Origin: Octopus vulgaris
Lineage: Eukaryota
Direction: 5' to 3'
Assembly (NCBI GenBank): GCA_951406725.2
Contig: OX597816.1
Coordinates: forward strand, 179,614,001-179,678,000
DNA: 64,000 nucleotides
This document shows positions 11,148-23,667 of this stretch, in pieces. The notes below the pieces were generated by a model that was not told where the DNA came from, made no database searches, and was given only the letters and a program-made list of their open reading frames with translations. The position numbers and the translations under genes are program-made. Every line of letters begins with the position of its first letter. Position 1 is the stretch's first letter.

Positions 11148-14100
11148 TCATGTGGTGTAGTGAGGAGAAGAGGGGGAGGGGAGAGAAGGGGAGGGGAAGA
11201 AGAGGGGGAGGAGAAGGGGGAAGAGGAGAGGATGGGGGAGAAGGAAGGGGAGGAGGGGGATGAAGGAGGAAAGAGGGAGAGGGGGAGAGAAGGAGCAGAG
11301 GGAAGGGGAAGAGGGAGGGAGAAAGAGGGAAGAGGGGAAGGGGAGTAGGGATGAAAGGATGAAGGACTGAAGAAGTAGGGGTCGGGGGGAGAAAGGATAG
11401 GTGAGGAGGGGGAGAGGGGGGTTAGATGAGGAGGGGGGAGAGTTGAGACCAAATGGCGTATAAGAGCGAAGAGAGAAGATTAATTCCTGTTCACGGCGCA
11501 AACGGGAATCCGGATGGCCTCTGTGTAAGGACAAACCGAACACAGATAGGTATTGCAAGGAGTGACCGGTGGAGCGGAAATGGCGTGAGACCGGTGTGTC
11601 GTTCGCAAGGTGGATGTCACGAAGGTGTTCCGCGAACCGGTCAGCCAAGCGGCGTCCCGTTTGTCCGATGTACAAGGAATTGCAGAGAGAGCAAGAGATG
11701 CAATAGATAATATTGCTGGAGGTGCAGGTGAAGGAGTGGATGATGGGATAGGGTCGATAGTGGGTGCTAGTGAGGCGGGTGGTGTTGGAGAGGTAAGGGC
11801 AAGTGCGGCAACGTGGGCGGGAGCAGGGGAACGAGCCGGGTTGGGAGGTAGGGTCAGGGAAGGAGCTATGGACCAAAAGGTCTCGAAGGTTGTGGGCTCG
11901 TTTGAAAGAGGGGAGGGGTCGGTTAGGGAAGAGGTGTGAAGTGGACGGGTCGGACTGGAGATGACGGAAAGCTCGAAGAATGGTGCGTTGGAGACGTAGG
12001 GTCGTGGGGTGGTAAGTGAGGGGAAAAGGGAGGCGGGAGACTACAGGGCGGGTTCGGGGAGAGAGAGCAGATACACGGTCCACGGACCGTGCTCTGGCAA
12101 GGGCGGTGTGGATAGTGGTGAGGGGGTATCCACGTAGGGTGAAGTGGTGAGCCATACGTTGAGACTGAGTCTCAAAGTCATGGTCGTCACTACAGAGCCT
12201 ACGTAGACGGAGGAATTGGGAATAGGGGATGGAAAGCTTGGTGTGTTCTGGGTGGGAGGAAGAGAAGTTGAGGTATGAGTGTGAGTCTGTGTGTTTGTAG
12301 TGAATGGAGGTGGTAAGAGTGGAGTGAAGAATGCTAACCGAAATGTCGAGGAAGGAGACAGAGGTGTTGGAGATAGTGGAAGTGAAGTGGAGGGCTGGAT
12401 GGAAAGATTGGACGAAAGAGAGGAAGGAATCTAGATGTTCGCGGGAGAGTGAGGTGGCACCGATAATGTCGTCAATATAACGACCATATAGTTCAGGAGT
12501 GGGACCAGTGAAATTAGAGAATATTTGGGCCTCAACATAGCCAACGAACAGGTTCGCATAGTTGGGGCCCATTCGCGTTCCCATGGCCACTCCCGAGACC
12601 TAATGGTAGAACTCGCCCGCGAACGAGAAGCAGTTCAGAGTAAGGACAAGTTCGGCCAGATGAATGAGTGTGGAGGTGTCAGGTACAGGGTTAGAGCGGA
12701 GGTCAAGAAAGTGTCGAAGGGCCTGCAGTCCTTCGTGGTGAGGGATAACAGTATAGAGGCTTTGGATGTCCATAGTAAAAGGATTTTGGAGGAGCCGGGA
12801 GGAAAGGAGAAAGAGTTGAAAAGCCGGAGAGCATGGTTGGTATCGTGGATGTGGGAGGGAAGAGATGCCACTAGGGGGCAAGGACACGGTCGAGGTATTT
12901 AGAGATGAGCTCCGTGGGGCAGTTACAGGCGGAGACGAGCTCCGGGGGCGGCCAGGGTTGTTGGGTTTGTGGATTTTGGGGAGGAAGTAAATGGTGGGGG
13001 TACGTGGGGTTCGCACAATTAGGTTGGATGCGGTGCGGGGGAGACGGGAGGACGAGATGAGGTCTTGGACAGTAGAGGATACCGTCTGTTGGTAGCTACG
13101 TGTGGGGTTAGAGGGCAGAGGGGAATAGAAGGAGGTGTCATTGAGTTGGCGGAAAGCCTCGGCCCTATAGAGGTCCGCGCGCCACACCACTACAGCTCCA
13201 CCCTTGTCAGCCGGTTTGATGATAATGTCAGCGCGCCGTTGGAGGGAACGAAGAGCCAAGAGCTCAGCCGGGGAGATGTTGAGGCGGCGTTGGCGCCTGG
13301 AGAAGTCGAACCGCTCCAATGCACGCTGACAAGCGCCCGCGAAAAGATCCACTGCTAGGATCTGGCCAGGGGCAGGCGTCCACGGGGATGGTCGGCGGCC
13401 CAGGCCAGTGAAGCAGTCGTCCTCTTCGTTGGGTGTGGGTGGCGAGTCGTGGTAATGCGCACCCAACCGGACACGGCGCACAAAGCTGTGGACATCAACT
13501 CGCGTCTGGAATTCCTTACAGGATGGAGTGAGGGGGATGAAACGCAGACCCCTACCAAGGACGGAGCGTTCAGCCGCAGAGAGGGGAAGATCGGGGGGAA
13601 TGGTAACAACAGACGGAAGTGGAGAAGGGGTGGGTGGAATAGAAGTAGGAGGGGTGGTAGGTCTCGTGGAGGTCTGAGGGGGAGGGATTGGGGAGGTGTG
13701 TGGGGGGTGGTTGGGCGGGGCAGTAGGGTTAGGTGTAGGTGGATGGAGCCTAACGGGAGGGGAGAAGGGGTTGTAGGGAGGGGCAGTGGGGTTAGGTGTG
13801 GGTGGATGGAGCCTATCGGGAGGGGAGAAGGGTGGTGGAGGAGTTGGGGTAGTGGCGTCGGGTAGGGTCGAATGGAAGAGTGATTGGAGTTTATGAAGTT
13901 TGGTATCAGAAAGAAATTGATGGAAGAGTTGATTCAAATGGATAATGAAGCGTAGCGTGTTTGGAGCATAGAGAGGCGGCAGAGAGGAGAAGAAGGTGGA
14001 GAAAGCAGGAGGAAGAAGGCGGTTGATGGCATGTAGTTTGGAGAGATTGGAGCGAATGGTGGCCCGCATAAGGCGGTAAGATGTGGTGCGGAGTATGGGT

Positions 14101-14333
14101 AAGATGGAAGAATCCGAGTGGAGAGCAGGGTGGAAGTGGAGGCGGAAACCTTTAGGGATGAGTCGGTGATGTAGGCAGCGGCTTAGGAAAGAGACATGGC
14201 TAGAGAAGCGGGTTTTTTTAAAAAGAAGTAGAGAGAGATTAACGGACGGCTGAAGGCAATATACAGGAAGCGAACGTAGATGATCCTTCAAACGGTGATG
14301 GAGGGTGAGGAGGTAGGACCTAGGATCCGGCAT
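11148..14333 (-). pseudogene. PLE reverse transcriptase / GIY-YIG endonuclease ORF, disrupted
   Basis: Motifs LGRGLRFIP, IIIKPADKGGAVVV, YFLPKIHKP, MDIQSLYT, GVAMGTRMGPNYANLF, RYIDD, CSRPRCRTC, NIIYCISC..C..LYIGQTGR. Frameshifts near 12940, 12875 and 12780 and an in-frame TAG at 12600-12602. Confidence 0.9.
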
Positions 14334-14957
14334 GATGGGACAGCGGAAAATAAACGTTCGAAAAAACAAAAAAAAACAAAAAACAAAAATTATCTTATGA
14401 AAAAAATAGAAAAAAAGGATAGCGAAAAAAGGGGGAAAAAACAAACGTTCAAAAAAACAAAAAAATAATAATCGTATGAAAAAACTAGATAAGTAAGCGA
14501 TAGGGGCAGAAAAGACGGGGCAAACGGAAAAGGGAAAGAAAGAAGGGAAGCAGAGAGAGAGGGAGGCAAAAAAAGGGGGGTGCAGGCAGAGGAAACGGAG
14601 TATGGACATCCAGAGAGGGAAGAAAGACGGAAAGGAGAACAAAAATTCAGGAAAATGTGGAAAGCATGAAATGAATGTAAAAAAAGTGGTAATATAAGAG
14701 AAAATAAAAATACAACAAACGGGACAGTTTATGCGAACAAGTTCAAGGTTGAAAGTTCAAGGTGAGAAATGTATAGACGTCGTGGTATATTTTTTAAGGA
14801 TTTCACATCAATGCAAAGTCACTTTGATCCGCGAAAGAGAGGTGCAGCCAATGGTACGTATCCAAGAGGTAAAGAAAATCCAAGGTAGAGGTAAGTGTTG
14901 ATAGTGGTATTGGTAGAATATAGGATGAAAGTGAGACCACGTGAGCGCATAATATAT

Positions 14958-15498
14958 AACGGGAAGCTTTATGAAAATAAACAAAAGACGAAGGCAGGTG
15001 GAAAACAAACGAACAATTGTATTAGTATGGCGCTCAGGAAATATAAATAAAACAAGTCTTTAACGTTTCGAGCCTACGCTCTTCAACAGAAAGATACACA
15101 GAGAGAGAAAAACACAGAAAGAGGAGAGAAAAAAATGCGTGCAGTAGCTAACGAATCAACATGGCGATCTGATTTCGGCCAGAGGTCAAAGATCAAACAT
15201 GAGACGCGAGAGCGAAATAAGGGGAGATAATAGGGTTGATAAACGGGTTGAGGGACCAGCTAAAAGTGCGTGGGAGGGGTCTGGATGTGTGTATGTATAG
15301 GGTTGGTGTATGTATTAGTATGTATAAGGGTGTGTGTGTGTGTGTGTATGAGAGAGTATTAGTGCGTAAGATTGGTCTGGACGTGCGTATGTATGGGGTT
15401 GGTGTATGTATTAGTATGTATTAGTATGTATTAGTACGTATTAGTACGTATTAGTATGTATAGGTGTGTGTGTGAGAGAGTATAAGTGCGTATGCGGG
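14958..15498 (-). repeat. 5' pseudo-LTR of the PLE
   Basis: Direct repeat of 10486-11018. Confidence 0.9.
15057..15094 (-). ncRNA. Minimal type I hammerhead variant in the 5' pLTR
   Basis: Identical to 10585-10622. Confidence 0.65.
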
Positions 15499-15521
15499 TA
15501 GTGAAATTTGTATAAATTTGC

Positions 15522-15578
<57 letters not shown>

Positions 15579-15752
15579 GTGTGTGTGTGTGTGTGTGTGT
15601 GTGAGTGTATAGTTCAAATTTACAGAAAACAAAAGATGAAGACAGGTGTACGAACAAGCAGTAGTACGTGTCAAAAGTGAAACAATAACATCTCTCTACT
15701 GTAATGTGTAATACTTTCAATTTCAATAGTGAAACTATTAATATTTACACTT

Positions 15753-15844
<92 letters not shown>

Positions 15845-16939
15845 ATCTATAAAAGGTATGATGTGTGTGTGTGTGTGTGTACGTGATTTTAATTTATGCA
15901 CATCCACAAATTAGCACGCATGTCGCTCAGATTTTAGGACATTTGTCAACACCCTATCTGGGTTTTGTCAACTTAGTTTTTTCCCGAAGCGCCCGCGGAT
16001 ACCGGGAAAAATCTATTTTCAGCCATAGCTTTTAGCCACGAAAAATATCAGCCTTGGCTTTTTTGATGGCGTCTAACAAAGAAAAAAGATAAAGAAAAGT
16101 GGAAGAAAGAGGCAGAGAGTTTCACGGGAAAGACAAAGTGAGAGAGGGAGAGACAGAGAGAGAGTAGGTTATGACGTTCATAAAAAATAAAATGTAAAAT
16201 GTTTTGTGTTTTGTTTTTGAAAGACTCTATATTTTATAATCATAGTATGTATACTTTCTCACACAACAATTACAATGTACTGCATTCCCTTTTGTTTGCT
16301 TGTGCGCATGTGTGTGGGTGAGTGTGTGTGCATGTGTGCACGCATTGTACGTATGTATGTGTGTGTGTGTTTGCATGTGTTAGTATGTTTGTTTGTGCGC
16401 ATGTGTGTGGGTGAGTGTGTGTGCGTGTGTGCACGCATGTACGTATGTATGTGTCTGTGTGTGTGTGTTTGCATGCGTTTGTATGTCAGATATGTAAATA
16501 AACAGATCAATGTACAGACGGATAGGTATATAGACTATAGGAACAGACACATATGGAGACACGGATCCACACATATAAAGATGCACATTCATACATATAA
16601 ACATGGTACATAGTTACATAACACACACACACACAGACATGCACACACAAGGAGACAGAGGTGCATACATATACAAACACACGCTCACACACACATACAT
16701 AGAAAATACACAAACACGGACAGGCAAGCACAATAAATATAAAGATATAGTCTCATAATTATTTCAAAATATCTATATTTTATTGAAAAATATCCAAATT
16801 GCAATGATAATAGAATTTTGAACTGCAAATCTTGTTGAAGCACCTCAGAGTAAACAATATTCACTATGGTGTCGAAATGAATAAATTGTTTCTGCTTCCA
16901 AGTCGCGAGCAAGCAACATAGAGTTGGCCATGGGAGAAG

Positions 16940-18290
16940 CATAAGGTAGAGAGATCAAGTCCAACCACCTTGAAGTATTGACCCTGAGATTTGTTAACTG
17001 AAATACCAAAACTTAGTATGACTGGAAACTGAAGCGTCTTAAATTCAAATGGAACATACGTAGGTATGAGAGGAGTTTTTGGAATAAAGACATTTCCTCC
17101 TTGTGACTACCTGTTATGAGTGTTGCCTGAAGTACATGGGGCTTCATGGAGGTAACAATTAAGTGAATTCCCTCACGCAGGTGAGATGGGTCAAGATTCC
17201 TAAGCAACATTATGGGAGCACACAGTTTTAGCGTCAGGTTATGCGGTGGCATCCCAGTGGGTTTAAGTGTGTTCAGAAATTCAGCAGGGCATTGAACAAC
17301 CTGATCTTGATTGACTGTTGTCAGTTGATCGAAAAGACATTTCTGATGGATCTGTTAACTTTTGAAGAAGTTCATGATTGAGTTTATCAACCGTTTCATT
17401 AGTTGGAACCAGAATGGCTCTTCCACATAACCAGTTTACATCAGTGTGATTGACAGATAAATTAGGAAGTACTTTATCCATAAGATCCCTAAGAGAAAGT
17501 ATCATTTGATCGCAAGTAATTTCATGTAGAGTTGACAGTTAATAACCCATTATCAATCTTAAGAAGCTCGTATGATCACATTGAAGTACTCTCATGTTGC
17601 TTGTACGATGCATTTTTTTCACGTGTCTCCAAAGGTACGATTTTTGTTAACATGCATTGACCTCATCAGCTATTGATCCTTTGGGGACAACTGGCAACGT
17701 TTGACGAAAATGTCCTGCAAGAAGAACTGTTACTCCTCCTATGAGCGTGTTATTGATTTTACGTCTTGGAGAGTACGGTCAAGTACCTCTAGAGCATATA
17801 TCGAGGACCACCTGTGAATGATGATTGGAGGATTATAAGTTACCCCATGTTTTGAGTATCACCATCTGTCCTCAGTGTATCTTGAAGATGAACATAATTT
17901 TTGGTCCTTAACTTTTCTGTTTGTTACGAATGTAGAGGAGACGCTGATTCTCAACTTTAGCATACGTATCAACCAGGTATTGCTGAAATAGATTACAATA
18001 CATGTGCAGTGGATTTGGTTGTTCTGGTCTTAACATCAGTTGGTAAGAATAGAAGGCATTCGAAGACCTCTTTTTTGTTTGTAATTGGTTCTCGTGCTGC
18101 AGGTTCAATCTGTGGAATATTGAAATGATACCCATCCACAAAATAAGAGGATACTGGAATGCACCATAAGATGAATGAGTCTCTGAAACACGTTTACGGT
18201 TGTTATCTCGAGCACGAATAAGAATATCACGATTTTCACGGGGATCACCTGCCATAAAGATGGCTGGGTTCATTAGATGTGGGCTCATTG
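16940..18290 (-). mobile_element. Internally deleted, degenerate Helitron (N-terminal Rep region joined to the PIF1 helicase C-terminal half)
   Basis: YGAFQYPLIL, LFQQYLVDTYAKVENQRL, GGVTVLLAGHFRQTLPVVPKG, RAILVPTNETV, MPPHNLTLKLCAPIMLLRNLDP, KSQGQ. The join lies near 17800. Confidence 0.9.
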
Positions 18291-18996
18291 AAACAGCATA
18301 AAATTACCTTTACTATAGTTTACTAAAGACATAACGGACGCAGAAACACACACACTCACAGACACATACACACTCACACAAATACGTACATGTATGTGTA
18401 GATGTCTGTGTGTGTTTAATTGTCTGAGGCCTAACGAATAAAAATTATCACGCATACAGTCGCATACACATACAGTCTGTTTTACACTCACATACATATA
18501 CTAAGACAGACACAGAAAGACATACACTCACGTACACCTCAGGCGCATCTCTGTCCCTCCGTGTGTGCCTCTCTCTTTTTAGATGTGCGTGTGTGTATGA
18601 GTGTGTGTGTGTCAGTCGTTACAAAAATCTATGTATATTCATACACATAGATCATCTCATGCATTCACACACATATACTTCTCAGTCATAGGCCTAAAGT
18701 ACGTAACGAACGCGCAAACGCACACACACACACACACACACTCAGAGACATATACACACTCATATAGAAAAAGTGACGTAGTGGTAGTGGTGGCATAAAA
18801 TGTCGTTTACGATAGTTGACTTATAGAAAGGTTATAATGTTAAATTTTTGTAATGCAAATGTGTAAATGAAAATAAAGATTATTTGGTAGCCGAAAGATT
18901 ACTGAATCTTTTGATACCCCATACGTCAAAATCGGCAACGCAGTTTTCGAATGCATAAGGAACACGCACGCATGCACACACATACAACCTCTACTT

Positions 18997-19233
<237 letters not shown>

Positions 19234-20129
19234 ATAATATGCTGTATTTCATGAATATATATTTAATACACTATTGTATTTGCATATAGTCTTATTTCTT
19301 CAATTAATTATTCTACTTCGTATATCCTACTATACTCCGTTATTATCGTTTATATTCAATTTAATGACAGGTATCATGTTTTCACCTTTACCCTGTCTAC
19401 TTATTACATTTCTCGCATGTATTTCTTGCTTTAAATAGAACAAAAAACGGTAATTTGAAATTACAAATTCAAAACTCAGAAGGCCAAAGTGTGTTAGTGC
19501 CTCCTCATGTCTATACAAGAAATTTTTTTCTTCAGGAAATTTTGCAGGGAATGTGAATAATAATGCTTATTATATATATCTGTAGCATTTACAGAGAATG
19601 TGTCAAATATGTTGTAAGTTTACTGCTTTTGCATAAGCTAAACCTGCTCTCCTTTGGAAACCTTTTGAACATGCATGTAATATAGGATCATGTGCTCATA
19701 TGTAAATATGCATATATTTTGGTAGTTTTGAATACATATACAATATTTGTGAAATAAGGCGGACCATTTATTGTGGAAAATATTGTACAAAGGTAATGAA
19801 GAATATGTAATACTGAGTGAGTGATAAATATAGTTTTCTTATGCAACAATAATATATGTAAACAAGCTTTTATTTTGTTTTTAAAATGGTCGAATGTGTA
19901 TCGTATTGGACAGATAAGAAAGCAATATTTCGAACGCAGTATAGCCGTGAAAACAGCAGAAAGATTAGACGGAAAAAAGTTATCAACGAACAGTCCAGTG
20001 GCTGTTTGTTGACAACTTTTTTTCCATCTAATAAGGGCAATAATACCCACTCTTTCTGCTGTTTTCACGGTTATACGGCGTTCGAAATATCGCCTTCTTG
20101 TCTGTACGATACAATTTTCTCATTTTCTT

Positions 20130-20530
20130 GTTATTATGGCATTTATATTTATATCCACATGCTCTGAACAAATTTGAAGAGTATATAATGCGTTTGAAAT
20201 GCCGCTGTATAGAAGAATGTTACGAGTCACTTACAAAGACCATCGGACAAATGAATGGGTTTTACAGCAAGTAGGTGAAAGACAACTCCTGAACATTATG
20301 AAAAACAAAATCTCATCTATTGTGGCAATATTCAAAGAAGCAGAGATCTGGGAAACATTATCATGGAAGGAAGAATAGAATGTGGTCGATCAAGAGACAG
20401 ACAAAGAGCACAATGGAAAAACGTTATCACAAGTTGGCTGGGCATGAATGGCAAGACAGCTGGAGAGCTCATACTTAATTGGGGCCATTCTTGTTCTACT
20501 GTCAAGCATAACGAGACGTGACGAAGACGA
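20130..20530 (+). mobile_element. Decayed 3' end of an RTE-like LINE
   Basis: AFEMPLYRRMLRVTYKDHRTNEWVLQQVG matches the typical RTE-clade C-terminal AFEMWCYRRML...TNEEVL. Confidence 0.65.
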
Positions 20531-21079
20531 CGACGATGATGGCTTCTTCTCTCATTAGCAACTTTCATCATGAACATTTTTGAGCAATACTTCCAACTGG
20601 AAAAATAGTATATTTATACTATCACAATAATATCACGAACATTGGCCATCATTATTGACAACACATAAATATATAAATCTAAGTAATAGTGAATGATGTG
20701 TGCGACAATTAAGGGAAAGGGAATAAAAAACAGATATAAATAAACCCATTTCGTCTCCTAACTGTTTACCCAGCAATATTACGAATTCGGTGCTGGAAAT
20801 ACTAGTATCGGTCATCAGAGAGCACCAAGGCAAAAAGCAAAACAAAACCAAATCGCGTCTTTCGACGGAAATGCACGAGGGGGAAACACAAGACTGATAC
20901 GAAAAACACAGACAAATAAATATTAATAAAACGGGTATTTTTCGACTTGAGATAGAAACAGAAAGGATGCTAACTATCGTATGGAAGAGAGAAATATTGA
21001 AAGTGTGTGTTCATTGTAAAGTTTATGAGATAAAAGGAAGATGAGTGTGGTGGAAACCAACAGGAGCGGATGGCATGGA

Positions 21080-21144
<65 letters not shown>

Positions 21145-21810
21145 AGAGAGAGAGAGAGAGAGAGAGCAGGGAAACGGATGTATACTCGGCACCATAAAAC
21201 TAAGTCCCTCTTGTAAATTATGATTTACTGTATTCGTGAAAATACTCCTATACATAAGGAAAAGCTAACGAAACATACTATAATCTGAAGAATATGAAGA
21301 AGCTGATAGTTATTTGACTATGTTGAACTTTGCAATTCCTGGTTAATACTTACATAATTTGCATACACACATATATTTATATAAAAAACATATATGCATT
21401 TTGTATAATATATATACATGCACACACATGCACACATATATAAACCTACATATGTATGTATATGTTACAAACGCACATACATACTAATTATAGCAGTTTT
21501 CGACTTTTTCCATCCAAGGGGGTTTTATGCACACAATATTTACGCGCTATTATTTATAGCCTTATCTACTTCGATTTCCACGTCTCCCGAAGTTTCTAAA
21601 CAACATACAATTTTTGCTGGTAAGAACATCACTTGTAAAATAAAGGGACAATTTCGAGGGCTTTTTTTTAGTAAAATATTTGAACACCTGTCTTGCTTAC
21701 AGAAGATATGGTTTCAAATACCATGGGCAGTTTCAACCCTTTTCACCCAAGGGCTTTTCAACCAAATATTTACACACTATAATTTATAGCTTTTAAGTCA
21801 ACTTAAAAGT

Positions 21811-21860
<50 letters not shown>

Positions 21861-21929
21861 TATATGCGTGTGTGTGTGCGTGTGTTTGTGTGTGTTCGTG
21901 TGTGTGTGTGTATGTGTGTGTGTTGAACT

Positions 21930-22135
21930 GTTATTCCCAACACGCTTTCTTCTCTCCCCATTTTTTCTGTCCTCACTCTTTTTTTCCCTCCGAGCTCTTT
22001 CTATCGAAGAGCCTAGGCTCGAAACGTCAAAGACTTTTCCATTCTTCCCAAACGTCCAACTAATACACCTGTTTGTCGCACCCTCACCTGTCTTCGTCAC
22101 ACGTGTGATGTCTTCCACAGAGATATGGCAAAATC
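21930..22135 (+). mobile_element. Solo PLE pLTR-like fragment with hammerhead variant (21996-22033)
   Basis: tcttt-ctatcga-a-gagcctaggctc-gaaa-cg-tc-aaaga followed by ctaatacacctg...cacctgtcttcgtc. Homologous to the pLTR. Confidence 0.7.
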
Positions 22136-22372
22136 TCTATTTTCAATTGCGTCCTGGAGCCTCAAGGGTATGTATGTATGGCATGCTTACACAAATAGAT
22201 ATACTCGTAAGCACTTACATAGATACACGCACACACACACAAACACACATTTATATATATACACACACACACATATATTTATGCACATATACTACACACA
22301 TATATACACACACACACCTGTCAAGCTTACACATAGACACATACATATTCAGACAAATATATGTTCGTGTGT

Positions 22373-22409
<37 letters not shown>

Positions 22410-23667
22410 TTTGCATCAAGCAAATTGTATTGACAGAGAATTTAAAAAAAAAATATGGTTGTTGTTGCTGTTATTATTGTTGTTGTTGCTGCAGCTGCTG
22501 GTACTGTTACACTATACAATACCCGCGAATGTTTGCAGGTAGCTATTTAATAGAATTTAAGCAAATATAATCTTAACAGCAGCAACAGCACAGGTTACGA
22601 AAAAAAAGCCTTCATGCCATGTTGAAGTCGAATGATAAATGTTAGGTGACTGAGTCAATCTTACGCAATTGTTCTTCACTGGAATCAAAGGTGGTTTAAA
22701 GTTCTCCTTGCATGCATAATAAACAAACTCAACAAATAACACACACACACACACATTCTCTCTCTCTCTCACAAGCATAATGACAAAGGGGGAGAGAGTG
22801 AGAGAGAGAGAGAGGGGGGATAGTTGGGAAGGAGAGAGATAGTGGCGGCGGAAGCTTGATAAGATTAAGTTTAATCATTGAGTAATTATTTACGGAAGAA
22901 TTCATTATTTACGATTACTTCTTCCAACCTCACTCTTTTACTGGTGTTCACCCACCCCTTTCTTGAGAGTCTTTCTGTTTAGTTACCAGCCAAATTTCGA
23001 CCCATGGGTACCATTTAACAAAACCAGTTGAGCGTGTTGCGTTTTGCTCGCTCCGTCATACAACACTTTGATTAGCCAGAGTCAGAGACAGGGAATTAAG
23101 ATAACTGCTTTGTCTGCTAAAACCAATACCTTTATTGCTCCTCCATTTTCTCACGGGAAACAGTGACAAACGTGGAAATTAAAATATTCGAACTCTTGTT
23201 GGCATTTTGTCCAGCTTTATAAATATTCATGTTAACATGAGCTTTATTTGGATATTTAGTTCTGTTTAATTAAGACAAAGAAAAGTGGAGGAGCCGGTTC
23301 TGTAAAATGATGAGATCTAATGTCGATATTCAGTGAGAGAGAACATTAGTTAATGTCAACCATAGAAGTTCATTAATTGTTCTGTTACTAGTAATAGCAA
23401 ATCTACCCATCTGCAATGGAGGCATAAAATGAGGGAGGGAAGTCATAACAGCAGTAGGTATTGAGAAATGTGTAAATGGACATGACAGACTACTACTGGG
23501 TGATGTCTTAGAGAAATCACATTATTGTTGGTGATAATATCAATATGATTACAAAACTTCTTTGTAGACTATATTTTCTGTTTGGTTGACAATAATTTTC
23601 AAATTACAGAAGTCCATTGCTCTACTCATAGCGACGTATAACCGGATGTAAAGGGATAGTATCGCAA

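Larger units (their letters stand above)
10486..15498 (-). mobile_element. Penelope-like retroelement (Neptune-type) with direct pseudo-LTRs
   Basis: RT plus C-terminal GIY-YIG ORF, near-identical ~540-bp direct repeats at 10486-11018 and 14958-15498, duplicated target on both sides. Confidence 0.95.

Noticed and set aside
11111-13865. Antisense and alternative-frame ORFs overlapping the PLE
   Set aside because: Explained by the GC-rich, C-skewed composition of the element. No motifs.
14334-14642. N-terminal Phe-rich extension of the 680-aa ORF
   Set aside because: Low-complexity T-rich 5' region with a non-ATG start. The likely start is MPDPRS at 14333.
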